Below, piece by piece: positions 38,505 through 48,589 of a stretch of 64,000 nucleotides of DNA. This stretch comes from Sneathiellales bacterium. Lineage in GTDB: Bacteria; Pseudomonadota; Alphaproteobacteria; JANQFL01. Every line of letters begins with the position of its first letter. The stretch's first letter is position 1. The stretch is taken from the NCBI GenBank assembly GCA_028277845.1, contig JANQFL010000074.1:40758-104757 (forward strand), in the 5' to 3' direction. Position numbers and translations under genes: made by a program. A model generated the notes under the pieces. It was not told the origin of the DNA, did not search any database, and saw only the letters and a list, made by a program, of their open reading frames with translations.

Positions 38505-39548
38505 TCAGGAGACCGTCGGTCCGGGCGTCGGCTGCACCCACTTGCTTCGGCTTTCGGCGGCGATGGCCGTATTGCTGCCGAAACGCCGGTTGTCGGTGCG
38601 TTCCTCGCGCGGCGTATGGCCGAAATGATCGCGGTAGCACTTGGTGAAATGGGACGCCGATACGAACCCGCACGCCAGGGCGACGCCGAGCACCGACAGA
38701 CTGGTCTGCAGCAGCAGCAGCCGCGCCCGTTCGAGACGCAGTTCCAGATAGTAGCGTGTCGGCGTGCGGTCGAAATGTTTGCGGAACAACCGCTCCAGAT
38801 GCCGCGTCGACAGGCCGATGCTGGCCGCCAGTTCGCCGCAGCTCAGGGGTTCTTCCAGGTTTTCCTCCATGCGCGAAACCACGGTAAGCAGTTTCGGGTG
38901 ACTCGCGGCCAGCCTGGAGCGCAAGGCCATGCGCTGATGATCGTGCGGCCCGCGAATGCGGTCATGAATGATCTGGTCGGATATCTGCGCCGCCAACTCA
39001 TCGCCGTGTTGCTTGCCGATGATGTTCAGCGTCATGTCGAGCGCCGACGTCCCGCCCGAGCAGGTGTAGCGGTCCCGGTCGATTTCGAACAGTTCGTTGC
39101 TGACCTCGGTATCGAGGAACTCTTCCGAGAAACCGGCGAGATTTTCCCAATGGATGGTGCAGCGGTAACCGTCCAGCAGGCCGGCCCGGGCCAGTATGTG
39201 GCTGCCGGTGCACAGGGCGCCCAGCTTGGTGCCGCTCCGGGCGATGCGGCGCAGCCAGGCGTGGATGCGTTTGTCGTCATGGCGCTGAATATCCACGCCG
39301 CCGCAGACGAAGACGATGGAATAGGCATCGTCATCACCCATGATGCGGTTTGCGTTCAGGGTGATGCCGTTGCTGGCGGTGACCTGATTGGTATCGGTCG
39401 AGATCAACGCATAGCGATAGAGATCCGACCCGGTCATGCGGTTGGCCAGACGCAGGGTATCGATCGCCGACGATACGGCAATCATCGAGAATTCGGGTAC
39501 TAGGAGAAACCCGAACAGCTCGGGCTTGCCTACCATTGGTATGCCCAT
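38505..39548 (-). CDS. GlxA/GbdR-family AraC transcriptional regulator
   Basis: FSMIA...LRLANR, LCTGS..LARAGLLDG..CTIHWE, AraC HTH ACGFVSASHFTKCYR. Confidence 0.93.
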   Translation of the reverse strand: MGIPMVGKPELFGFLLVPEFSMIAVSSAIDTLRLANRMTGSDLYRYALISTDTNQVTASNGITLNANRIMGDDDAYSIVFVCGGVDIQRHDDKRIHAWLRRIARSGTKLGALCTGSHILARAGLLDGYRCTIHWENLAGFSEEFLDTEVSNELFEIDRDRYTCSGGTSALDMTLNIIGKQHGDELAAQISDQIIHDRIRGPHDHQRMALRSRLAASHPKLLTVVSRMEENLEEPLSCGELAASIGLSTRHLERLFRKHFDRTPTRYYLELRLERARLLLLQTSLSVLGVALACGFVSASHFTKCYRDHFGHTPREERTDNRRFGSNTAIAAESRSKWVQPTPGPTVS

Positions 39549-39608
39549 ACGATCCCGTACTCCTCCGCAAGACACCACCGATGTTTAATAAGTCCGAGTT
39601 TTGCAGAA

Positions 39609-39748
39609 TGTCGGAGTGCCGACAATAGAGTCGTTGTCGGAATAGTTAACCGCAATTCCCCCAAAATTTGCAGTTTCATGCGGTTTTCGCCGAATCCGGA
39701 TTCGTTCGCGATGTCGCGGGGCGGTGAAAATATGTCGTGAGTGCGTAA
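39609..39748. promoter_or_regulatory. Putative GlxA/AraC operator: TGTCG-N6-CGACA palindrome and ATGTCG direct repeats 21 bp apart
   Basis: TGTCGgagtgcCGACA 39609-39624; ATGTCG at 39711 and 39732. Confidence 0.5.
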
Positions 39749-39879
39749 GCGGGGCCGGTCGGCTCAATTAGCCTCTGGAGGGAGGGAAATGCCCATGAGC
39801 ACCGTCGAATCCGGCGGATTCCGGGGTTTCTTTGATTGGCCGGTGGCCTTGGATTCAACTCGGTTCGATGGAGTATGCC

Positions 39880-40599
<720 letters not shown>

Positions 40600-40601
40600 T
40601 C

Positions 40602-41255
40602 ATGCCCGGCGAGTCGCTCACGCGGCCGTCGACCTTGCTGATCGCTTGCGGCGCTCTGGCCCGCGAGGTCAAGCATCTGTTGGATGTCAACGGCTGGTCG
40701 CATATGACGCTGACGTGCCTGCCGGCCGATCTGCATAACACGCCGCAACAAATTCCGGGAGCCATGCGCAGAAAGATCCGGGCGTCGCGCGACCGGTACG
40801 ACCGGATCGTCGCCCTGTACGGGGACTGCGGCACCGGCGGCCTGTTGGACGACGTGTTGCGCGACGAAGGCGTCGAACGCATTCCCGGTCCCCACTGCTA
40901 TCAGTTCTACATGGGAACCGATGATTTCACCCGTTTGGCCGAGGCGGAACCGGGGACGTTTTTCCTGACCGACTATCTGGTGCGGCACTTCGACCGGCTG
41001 ATCATCAAGGGGTTGGGGCTCGACCGGTTCCCGCAATTGCGCGACGACTATTTCGGCCATTACGTTCAGCTCGTCTATCTGGCCCAAACCGAGGACCCCG
41101 AATTGGACAAGGCGGCGCAAGCCGCGGCCGAACGGCTCGGTCTCATATATGCCCGCCGGCTTACCGGTTATGGCGAATTGGAAACCTTCATGGCGGAAGC
41201 GGGGCATGGCGACAATGCCGTACAGCCCGTACCGGCCATGAGACTGTCCCGGTAA
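40602..41255 (+). CDS. DUF1638 family protein
   Basis: IACGALARE, LHNTP, YGDCGTGG, GPHCY, FFLTDYL. Confidence 0.85.
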   Translation: MPGESLTRPSTLLIACGALAREVKHLLDVNGWSHMTLTCLPADLHNTPQQIPGAMRRKIRASRDRYDRIVALYGDCGTGGLLDDVLRDEGVERIPGPHCYQFYMGTDDFTRLAEAEPGTFFLTDYLVRHFDRLIIKGLGLDRFPQLRDDYFGHYVQLVYLAQTEDPELDKAAQAAAERLGLIYARRLTGYGELETFMAEAGHGDNAVQPVPAMRLSR

Positions 41256-41272
41256 TCAACCCGTTTCGTGGA

Positions 41273-41797
41273 GTGACGATCGTGTACGCTGTCCGCCGCT
41301 GGTCCGTCCGTCATGCCCGTTTTCTGGAACGGCTGTATCGGTTGTTCGGGGGCGCCTTGGAGCGCCTCGATCCCATTTGGCGGATGATGGGCTATGCGCG
41401 CCTGGAAAAACCGGTCGCCGCGGTAGAAGGCACAATCAAGGGCTTCCTGTTCGACTGCCGGATGTGCGGCCGCTGCGTCCTTGGCAGTACGGGAATGTCG
41501 TGCCCGATGAATTGTCCCAAGCAACTGCGCAACGGCCCCTGCGGCGGTGTGCGCGACGGCGGATATTGCGAGATCAAGTCCGACATGCGTTGCGTCTGGG
41601 TCGAGGCCTGGGAAGGCGCTGAGCGCATGCGCCAGGGCATGACCATCGATATCGTCCAACTGCCGGTCGACAACAGCCTGCAGGGCTCGTCGTCGTGGAT
41701 GCGGGCGGCCCGGGAACGGGCGGCCGAACGGCGCGAGAAGGTCACCGGCGGCATCGCCTTCGGCGGCGCGCGGCTGAAGGACGCGGAGCCGCAATGA
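41273..41797 (+). CDS. MTHFR C-terminal/MetV-like Cys-rich subunit
   Basis: FDCRMCGRC..TGMSCPMNCPKQLRNGPCGG...CEI...CVW. Confidence 0.88.
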   Translation: MTIVYAVRRWSVRHARFLERLYRLFGGALERLDPIWRMMGYARLEKPVAAVEGTIKGFLFDCRMCGRCVLGSTGMSCPMNCPKQLRNGPCGGVRDGGYCEIKSDMRCVWVEAWEGAERMRQGMTIDIVQLPVDNSLQGSSSWMRAARERAAERREKVTGGIAFGGARLKDAEPQ

Positions 41798-42816
41798 CCG
41801 AACTTCCCTACGATCCGACGATTCCGTTGCCGCCGCTCGCGGGCCATTCATCCCGCGGCCGCCTGGAACGGGTGCTGCGCGCCGGTGAATTCGCGGTGAC
41901 GGCCGAACTCAACCCGCCGGATTCGGCCGACCGGGACGAAGTGTACGAACGGGCCTCGGTGTTCGAAGGCTGGGTCGATGCCATCAACGCGACCGACGGG
42001 TCGGGCGCCAACTGTCACATGTCGTCGGTCGGGATCTGTGCCTTGCTGACCCGCGTCGGCTATGCGCCGGTGATGCAGATCTCCTGCCGCGACCGCAACC
42101 GCATCGCTATCCAGGGCGATGTGCTCGGTGCCGCCGCCATGGGCGTGGCCAATATGCTGTGCCTCAGTGGCGATGGCGTCGAGACCGGCGACCAGCCGGG
42201 CGCCAAACCGGTGTTCGACCTGGACTGCATGTCTCTGTTGGAGACGATCCGGAAAATGCGCGATGAAAGGGTATTTCTGTCTGGGCGGCCGCTCAGCGCG
42301 CCGCCCGAGGTGTTTCTCGGCGCCGCGGCAAATCCGTTCGCGCCGCCCTATGACTACCGGCCCTTCCGGCTGGCCAAGAAGATCGCCGCCGGCGCCCAGT
42401 TCGTGCAGACCCAATACTGTTTCGACATTCCCATGCTGGAAAGCTACATGGCGAGGGTTAGGGACCTCGGCCTGCACGAGAAGTGTTTCATCCTGGTCGG
42501 CGTCGGGCCGCTGGTGTCGGCCAGGGCGGCCAAGTGGATCCGCGCCAACGTCCCGGGAATTCACATCCCCGACGCGGTGATCCGCCGTCTCGAAGGAGCG
42601 GAAAGGCAAAAGCGCGAAGGGCGCAATCTGTGTGTCGAGTTGATCCAGCAGATTCGCGAAATTCCCGGCGTGTCCGGCATCCACGTCATGGCCTACCGGC
42701 AGGAGGAACTGGTCGCTGACATCGTCCACGAGTCGGGGGTGCTGAAGGAGCGCAAGCCCTGGCGCGGCGCCGTCATCGACCGTCATCTGTCGGAACAGGT
42801 CGCCACGCAAACCTAG
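41794..42816 (+). CDS. metF: Methylenetetrahydrofolate reductase
   Basis: TAELNPP, INATD, CRDRNRIAIQ, LSGD, KKIAAGAQFVQTQ; ATGA overlap with the upstream gene. Confidence 0.9.
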   Translation: MTELPYDPTIPLPPLAGHSSRGRLERVLRAGEFAVTAELNPPDSADRDEVYERASVFEGWVDAINATDGSGANCHMSSVGICALLTRVGYAPVMQISCRDRNRIAIQGDVLGAAAMGVANMLCLSGDGVETGDQPGAKPVFDLDCMSLLETIRKMRDERVFLSGRPLSAPPEVFLGAAANPFAPPYDYRPFRLAKKIAAGAQFVQTQYCFDIPMLESYMARVRDLGLHEKCFILVGVGPLVSARAAKWIRANVPGIHIPDAVIRRLEGAERQKREGRNLCVELIQQIREIPGVSGIHVMAYRQEELVADIVHESGVLKERKPWRGAVIDRHLSEQVATQT

Positions 42817-42859
42817 ACATCGCCGCCAATCCGGAACACGATTTCACAGGGGTACATAC

Positions 42860-43765
42860 ATGACCAACACCGTCGTCAGTTCGGCCAGCAAGGAAGTCAC
42901 CATCGGCTTCGACCATCCGTTCGTCATTATCGGCGAGCGGATCAATCCGACCGGCCGCAAGCTGCTGGCCGCCGAAATGGCCGAGGGCGACTACAGCCGG
43001 GTCGAGGCCGACGCCATCGCCCAGGTCGCGGCCGGCGCCCACATGCTCGACGTCAATGCCGGCATTCCCCTGGCCGACGAACCCGCGATCCTGGCCGACT
43101 GTGTCAAGCTGGTGCAGTCCATCACCGACGTGCCGCTGAGCATCGATTCCTCGATCGTCGAGGCGCTGGAGGCCGGCCTCGCGGTCTATCAGGGCAAGGC
43201 CCTGGTCAATTCGGTGACCGGCGAGGAGGAGCGGTTGGAGACGGTGCTGCCGCTGGTCAAGAAACACGGCGCCGCCGTGGTCGCCATCTCCAACGACGAG
43301 ACCGGTATTTCCGAGGATCCGGACGTGCGCTTCGCCGTGGCCAAGAAGATCGTCGAGCGCGCCGCCGACTACGGTATTGCGGCGGACGATATCGTCGTCG
43401 ACCCGCTGGTCATGCCGGTGGGCGCGCTGAACGACGCCGGGCGGCAGGCCATGCGCATCATCCGCCGGCTGCGCGAGGAGCTCAAGGTCAACACCACGTG
43501 CGGCGCCTCCAACATCAGCTTCGGCCTGCCCAACCGGCATTCCCTGAACGGCGCTTTTCTGTCCATGGCGATCGGCGCCGGCATGACGTCGGCCATCACC
43601 AACCCGCTGCACGGCGAGGAAATGGCCGCGGTCATGGGCGCCGACGTGATGATGGGACACGATCCCCACTGCAAGCGCTGGATGGCCAAGTTCCGCCAGC
43701 CCGGCGAGGAAGGTGCGGCGGGCGAGGGCGGCCGGCGCCGCGAAAGGCGGAGACGGCGTGGCTGA
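42860..43765 (+). CDS. Methyltetrahydrofolate:corrinoid methyltransferase (pterin-binding, AcsE/MetH-folate-domain-like)
   Basis: IIGERINPTGRK, LDVNAG, LSIDSS, LVNS, VDPLV, GASNISFGLPNR. Confidence 0.92.
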   Translation: MTNTVVSSASKEVTIGFDHPFVIIGERINPTGRKLLAAEMAEGDYSRVEADAIAQVAAGAHMLDVNAGIPLADEPAILADCVKLVQSITDVPLSIDSSIVEALEAGLAVYQGKALVNSVTGEEERLETVLPLVKKHGAAVVAISNDETGISEDPDVRFAVAKKIVERAADYGIAADDIVVDPLVMPVGALNDAGRQAMRIIRRLREELKVNTTCGASNISFGLPNRHSLNGAFLSMAIGAGMTSAITNPLHGEEMAAVMGADVMMGHDPHCKRWMAKFRQPGEEGAAGEGGRRRERRRRRG

Positions 43766-45773
43766 CAACCGCTTCGTCGTCTTCACGCCATCCGGCAAAC
43801 GGGGTTCATTTCCCAACGGCACGGCCGTTCTCGATGCCGCCCGCGCATTGGGCGTCGATCTCGATTCCGTGTGCGGTGGCAGAGGCTTGTGCGGCCGGTG
43901 CCAGATCCTGGCCAGCGAGGGCGAGTTTGCCAAGCACGGCATCACATCGACTACCGCCAACCTGACGGACGTCGGCGAGACGGAGCGCAAATACGCTGAC
44001 CGGCGCGGTTTGAAACCGAAACATCGGCTTGGCTGCCAGGCGTGTATCCAGGGCGACCTGGTCATCGACGTACCGCCGGAAAGCCAGGTGCACAAGCAGG
44101 TCGTGCGCAAACGGGCGGAGGCCCGGCCGATCACGCTGGATCCCGTCGTACACCTGCACACCGTCGACGTGACCGAACCGGACATGCACGACCCGACCGG
44201 CGACTGGCAGCGGGTCCGGGTGGCGCTCGAGGATCAGTGGGATCTGGCCATTGATGGCGTCGACAATTCAGTACTGCACCGGCTGCAAAAGACCCTGCGT
44301 GACGGCGACTGGACGGTCACAGTGGCGGTACGGCAAGGACACCACGCCGTCGGCATTTACCCCGGTTACCACGCCCGGGCGTTGGGGATCGCGGTGGATG
44401 TGGGTTCGACGACCATCGCCGGGCACTTGTGTGATCTGACCACGGGCGACGTGCTGGCCTCGGTCGGCCGCATGAACCCGCAAATCCGCTTCGGCGAGGA
44501 TCTGATGAGCCGGGTCTCCTATATCATGATGCACCCGGGTGCCGAGAACGAGCTGACGGACACCGTACGCGAGGCGGTCGAAAACCTCGCGACGGAAGCG
44601 GTCAAGGAGGCGGCCAAGAAGGCGGAAGTCGCCGTCGCCGATATTCACGAGGTCACCGTTGTCGGCAACCCGGTGATGCACCACCTTTTTCTCGGCCTGG
44701 ATCCGACCGAACTGGGCGGGGCGCCGTTCGCGTTGGCGACGGACGCGGCCATCACCACCCGGGCCGACGAACTGGGATGGTCCTTCAATTCGGGCGCGCG
44801 CGTTTACACGTTGCCGTGTATCGCCGGACATGTCGGTGCCGATACGGCGGCCGTGATCCTGTCGGAAGCGCCCCATACCATGGATGCCATGACGTTGATC
44901 GTCGATGTCGGCACCAACGCGGAAATCGTGCTCGGCAACAAGGAACGTCTGCTGGCGGCGTCCAGCCCGACGGGCCCGGCTTTCGAAGGCGCGCAAATCA
45001 GTTGCGGCCAACGGGCCGCGCCGGGTGCGATCGAACGCGTGCGCATCGACCGCGAGACCTTGGAACCACGCTTCAAGGTCATCGGGTGCGATTTGTGGTC
45101 CGACGAGGACGGCTTTGCCGAAGCGGTGGCCGGCATCGGCATCAACGGCGTCTGCGGTTCCGGCATCATCGAAGTGATCGCCGAGATGTACCTGGCCGGA
45201 ATCATCGATCAGGACGGTGCCTTCAACGGAACAATGACGCGAACGTCGGCGCGGGTGCAGGAAACCGGCCGGAGTTTCTCCTATCTCTTGCATGCCGGCG
45301 AGCCGGAGTTGCGTATCTACCAGACCGATGTGCGGGCGATTCAACTGGCCAAGGCGGCGCTTTACGCCGGCGCCCGGCTGCTGATGGACCGCATGGGCGT
45401 GGACCGGGTCGACCGCATCGTGCTGGCCGGCGCCTTCGGCAGTCAGATCGACGTGACCTACGCCATGGTGCTGGGCATGATCCCCGACTGCGACCTGGTT
45501 CACGTGTCGTCGGCCGGTAATGCCGCCGGTACGGGCGCGCGCATCGCGTTGCTGAACAACGATGCGCGCCGCGAAATCGAAGACCTGGTCCGCCGGGTCG
45601 AGAAGATCGAAACGGCGGTCGAACCCAATTTCCAGGACCATTTCGTCGCCGCCATGGCCGTGCCGCACAAGACGGCGCCCTATCCCAATCTGGCGAATGC
45701 CGTTGACCTGCCCGCACGGTCACAGCCGGCGAGCGATTCGCCGGGACGTCGGCGCAGGCGGAAACGGGGTTAG
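43758..45773 (+). CDS. ASKHA-domain reductive activator of corrinoid proteins (RACo-like) with N-terminal 2Fe-2S domain
   Basis: CGGRGLCGRC..RLGCQ, DVGSTT, DVGTNAE, GPAFEG, GVCGSG, LAGAFG, GNAAG. Confidence 0.9.
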   Translation: MADNRFVVFTPSGKRGSFPNGTAVLDAARALGVDLDSVCGGRGLCGRCQILASEGEFAKHGITSTTANLTDVGETERKYADRRGLKPKHRLGCQACIQGDLVIDVPPESQVHKQVVRKRAEARPITLDPVVHLHTVDVTEPDMHDPTGDWQRVRVALEDQWDLAIDGVDNSVLHRLQKTLRDGDWTVTVAVRQGHHAVGIYPGYHARALGIAVDVGSTTIAGHLCDLTTGDVLASVGRMNPQIRFGEDLMSRVSYIMMHPGAENELTDTVREAVENLATEAVKEAAKKAEVAVADIHEVTVVGNPVMHHLFLGLDPTELGGAPFALATDAAITTRADELGWSFNSGARVYTLPCIAGHVGADTAAVILSEAPHTMDAMTLIVDVGTNAEIVLGNKERLLAASSPTGPAFEGAQISCGQRAAPGAIERVRIDRETLEPRFKVIGCDLWSDEDGFAEAVAGIGINGVCGSGIIEVIAEMYLAGIIDQDGAFNGTMTRTSARVQETGRSFSYLLHAGEPELRIYQTDVRAIQLAKAALYAGARLLMDRMGVDRVDRIVLAGAFGSQIDVTYAMVLGMIPDCDLVHVSSAGNAAGTGARIALLNNDARREIEDLVRRVEKIETAVEPNFQDHFVAAMAVPHKTAPYPNLANAVDLPARSQPASDSPGRRRRRKRG

Positions 45774-46819
45774 GCCAGATTGGCCCGGTCGTAGGGATGG
45801 ACCGGGTGGTCGCGTGGCGTCAGGAAGTTTTCCAGCAGTAGAGCGCCGTATCCCTTGATCCGGTAGTTGCCGTTGCGCTCCAGCACGCTGGCCTCCCGGC
45901 GGGCGAATTCGGCCGGCAGGTCGTACCAGGCCATGCCCGGCTGGTCGTGATGGACCGCGTGCAGATTGAGGTTGAGAAACAGCAACCGCGTCAGCGGGTC
46001 ACCGTCACAGATGGCGGTCCGGTGGTCCTGCTCGTCCGCCGTCCGGTGTTCGGCGAACGACCGCAGCAGGGTCAGGGACAGGCCCGGGTACGCATACATC
46101 AGCACGTACTGCCACACCGGGATTTCGCATACGGCGACGACCCAGTACAACACCACGGCAACCGACAGGGCGTGGACGATCCAAGTCCGCCATGCCTTAC
46201 CTTGGCCGGCTGTCAATTTCTTGAATTCTCGCCACAGAAACAAACCAACGGCCAATGCCGGCCCGATCAACAGCCGGCCCGGCAGTGTGTTGTTGGCGAC
46301 GAGAATCCAGCGCGCAAAACCGGGCAGGCGCTGCCAGACACGGGCCGTCACGTAAAAGGATTCCGGGTCGTCGACCGGGCAGGTCAACGTGCCGGTATTG
46401 TGGTGTGCCATATGGCTGTCGCGGTACAACGGATAGGGCAACCACAACGCCAACGGCGGCCAGCCCAGAGCCTGATTCGCGAACCGGTGCGGCGTCGGGT
46501 GGCCGTGGATGATCTCGTGCTGCGCCGATCCGAACCAGGCCACCAGCCAACCGCCGAGCGGCAGGACGAGCCACCAGGGCAAACTGGTGTGAAGCCAGGT
46601 GAGCGTGATCCAACCTGCGTAAATCACACCAATGAGGACCAGAGTCGGCCATTCCCAATGGCGGCGGATTGTCCGGCTCTTCGGAACCGAAACGTTCTGA
46701 GATTGCGTAAAGGTTGAATCGGGCACGGGATAAGAACTCGATGGAAAATCATTGGAAACCTCCCATTTTTGTGTCCGATTTGCCCCACGATCAATGTGGG
46801 AATCGGCAAGTATTGTCAA
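45770..46819 (-). CDS. Membrane fatty-acid desaturase-like di-iron protein
   Basis: His boxes QHEIIH, HMAHH, FAEH, NLHAVHH; true start probably downstream of 46819. Confidence 0.85.
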   Translation of the reverse strand: MTILADSHIDRGANRTQKWEVSNDFPSSSYPVPDSTFTQSQNVSVPKSRTIRRHWEWPTLVLIGVIYAGWITLTWLHTSLPWWLVLPLGGWLVAWFGSAQHEIIHGHPTPHRFANQALGWPPLALWLPYPLYRDSHMAHHNTGTLTCPVDDPESFYVTARVWQRLPGFARWILVANNTLPGRLLIGPALAVGLFLWREFKKLTAGQGKAWRTWIVHALSVAVVLYWVVAVCEIPVWQYVLMYAYPGLSLTLLRSFAEHRTADEQDHRTAICDGDPLTRLLFLNLNLHAVHHDQPGMAWYDLPAEFARREASVLERNGNYRIKGYGALLLENFLTPRDHPVHPYDRANLA

Positions 46820-46891
46820 TTGATGTTGATATTTTCAGAAAAAATTGAGTATTCTAAACAAAACAGAAGAAAATTCAGATTTGGAGCATTC

Positions 46892-47761
46892 ATGGACCGC
46901 CGCATCGTCGCCTCGGAATTCCGCAGTCGCGTCTTGCAGGCCATGGAGCGGGCCGAGGTGACGAAATCGGCTCTGGCGGAACAAGCCGGAATCGACCGCT
47001 CGACATTGACCCAAATGCTGTCGGGCGAATACGACCGGCTGCCCCGCGCCGATACGGCGGCGTCCATCGCGGTTGCGCTTCAGGTCAGTTTGGATTGGCT
47101 GCTGGGATTGACCCAGGATGCCCGGGTCAGCGCCGATATTCTCATGGAGTCGCTCGAATTCAGGCCGAGCGCCGGCGTGCCGGTGGAGAAGGATCTGACG
47201 CGATGGCACGAGGACGCCAAGGGCTACAAAATCCGCTACGTGCCGACGACGTTGCCCGACCTGGCGAAGACGGACGGCGTATTGACGCATGAATACAGGG
47301 ATTTCGCGGCGAAGAGTGCCGACCGCGCCATCACCGACAGCCACTACCGGTTGGAGTATACCCGCCTGCCGGAAACGGACATGGAGGTGTGCCTGTCGAC
47401 CCAGGCCATCGAGAGTTTTGCCGCCGGGGAAGGCATCTGGTCGACCTTGTCCATGGACGACCGGTTGGAGCAGCTCAAGGTTTTGGCCGACCTGACGGAG
47501 GAACTCTATCCGACGCTCCGGCTCTATCTGTTCGATGGCCTGACGCACTTTTCGGCGCCCTATACCATCTTCGGCCCGTTGCGGGCGGCGGTCTATATCG
47601 GCCAAGCCTACCTCGTCTTCAACACGACCGAACACATCCGGGCATTGACCCAGCACTTCGACGGTCTGATCCGCGCGGCTGTGGTACAGGCCAACGAGGC
47701 GTCCGAGTATCTGCGCGGCCATCACACCCGCTTGGCGTCCCGCCTGCGCCGCCGCGCCTGA
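46892..47761 (+). CDS. XRE-family transcriptional regulator with large C-terminal domain
   Basis: KSALAEQAGIDRSTLTQML..RLPRA..VSLDWLLG. Confidence 0.85.
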   Translation: MDRRIVASEFRSRVLQAMERAEVTKSALAEQAGIDRSTLTQMLSGEYDRLPRADTAASIAVALQVSLDWLLGLTQDARVSADILMESLEFRPSAGVPVEKDLTRWHEDAKGYKIRYVPTTLPDLAKTDGVLTHEYRDFAAKSADRAITDSHYRLEYTRLPETDMEVCLSTQAIESFAAGEGIWSTLSMDDRLEQLKVLADLTEELYPTLRLYLFDGLTHFSAPYTIFGPLRAAVYIGQAYLVFNTTEHIRALTQHFDGLIRAAVVQANEASEYLRGHHTRLASRLRRRA

Positions 47762-47777
47762 TGACCGGAGGCGCAGA

Positions 47778-48581
47778 ATGATCGCCAGCCTGCCCATGTA
47801 TGACCTGCCGGAACTCAGGTCCGCGACGGATGCCTGGTGGACAGGCCTTTCCGGCCATCTGCGGGCACAGGGTCTGACGGATGTGCCGGTGGCGCTGACC
47901 CGTACCGACAATGTGAACGACGTACAGCGTGCGCCGGATCTGCTGTTGAGCCAGACCTGCGGCTATCCGCTGACCCACGAATTATCGGGCAAGGTCGGTT
48001 ACGTGGCGACGCCCGCTTATGACGCGGACGGGTGCCAGGGACCGGCATACCGCAGCGCGGTTATCGTCCGGGCCGATGACCCGGCCGCCGGCCTGGCGGA
48101 TTTGAAAGGCAAAGTCTGCACCGTCAACGGCCCGGGGTCGCATTCGGGTTACAATGCCCTGCGCCACGCACTGGCGTCGGTCGCCGCGGGACAGCCGGTG
48201 TTCTCGGATGTCCATGTCTCGGGCGGTCACCGGCAGAGCATCGCGGCGGTCGCGTCCGGCCGCGCGGACGCGGCGGCCATCGATTGCGTGACGCTGGCGC
48301 TCGTCTCCTCGCAGGCACCGAAGGAAACGTCGGCCATCCGCGTTTTGGCATTTACCGAGCGCGCGCCCGGCCTGCCGTACATCACCTCCAGGGACGCGAC
48401 AGCGGAAACGGTGGATGCCATCCGAAACGGGTTGCGGGCGGCGGTCGAGGACCCGTCGCTCGCCGCCTGCCGCGCAGAACTGCTCATCTCGGGCGTGGAC
48501 ATTCTGTCCGATGACGCCTACCGGCGGATCGACGACATGGAAGACCAGGCGGTCTCCCGCGGCTATCCGGTCATCCGTTAG
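47778..48581 (+). CDS. PhnD/phosphonate-binding-like protein without signal peptide
   Basis: MIASLPMYD, LSQTCGYP, YRSAVIV, SHSGYNAL, GGHRQSI..V..G.ADAAAIDCVT. Confidence 0.8.
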   Translation: MIASLPMYDLPELRSATDAWWTGLSGHLRAQGLTDVPVALTRTDNVNDVQRAPDLLLSQTCGYPLTHELSGKVGYVATPAYDADGCQGPAYRSAVIVRADDPAAGLADLKGKVCTVNGPGSHSGYNALRHALASVAAGQPVFSDVHVSGGHRQSIAAVASGRADAAAIDCVTLALVSSQAPKETSAIRVLAFTERAPGLPYITSRDATAETVDAIRNGLRAAVEDPSLAACRAELLISGVDILSDDAYRRIDDMEDQAVSRGYPVIR

Positions 48582-48589
48582 GCCGGTAC

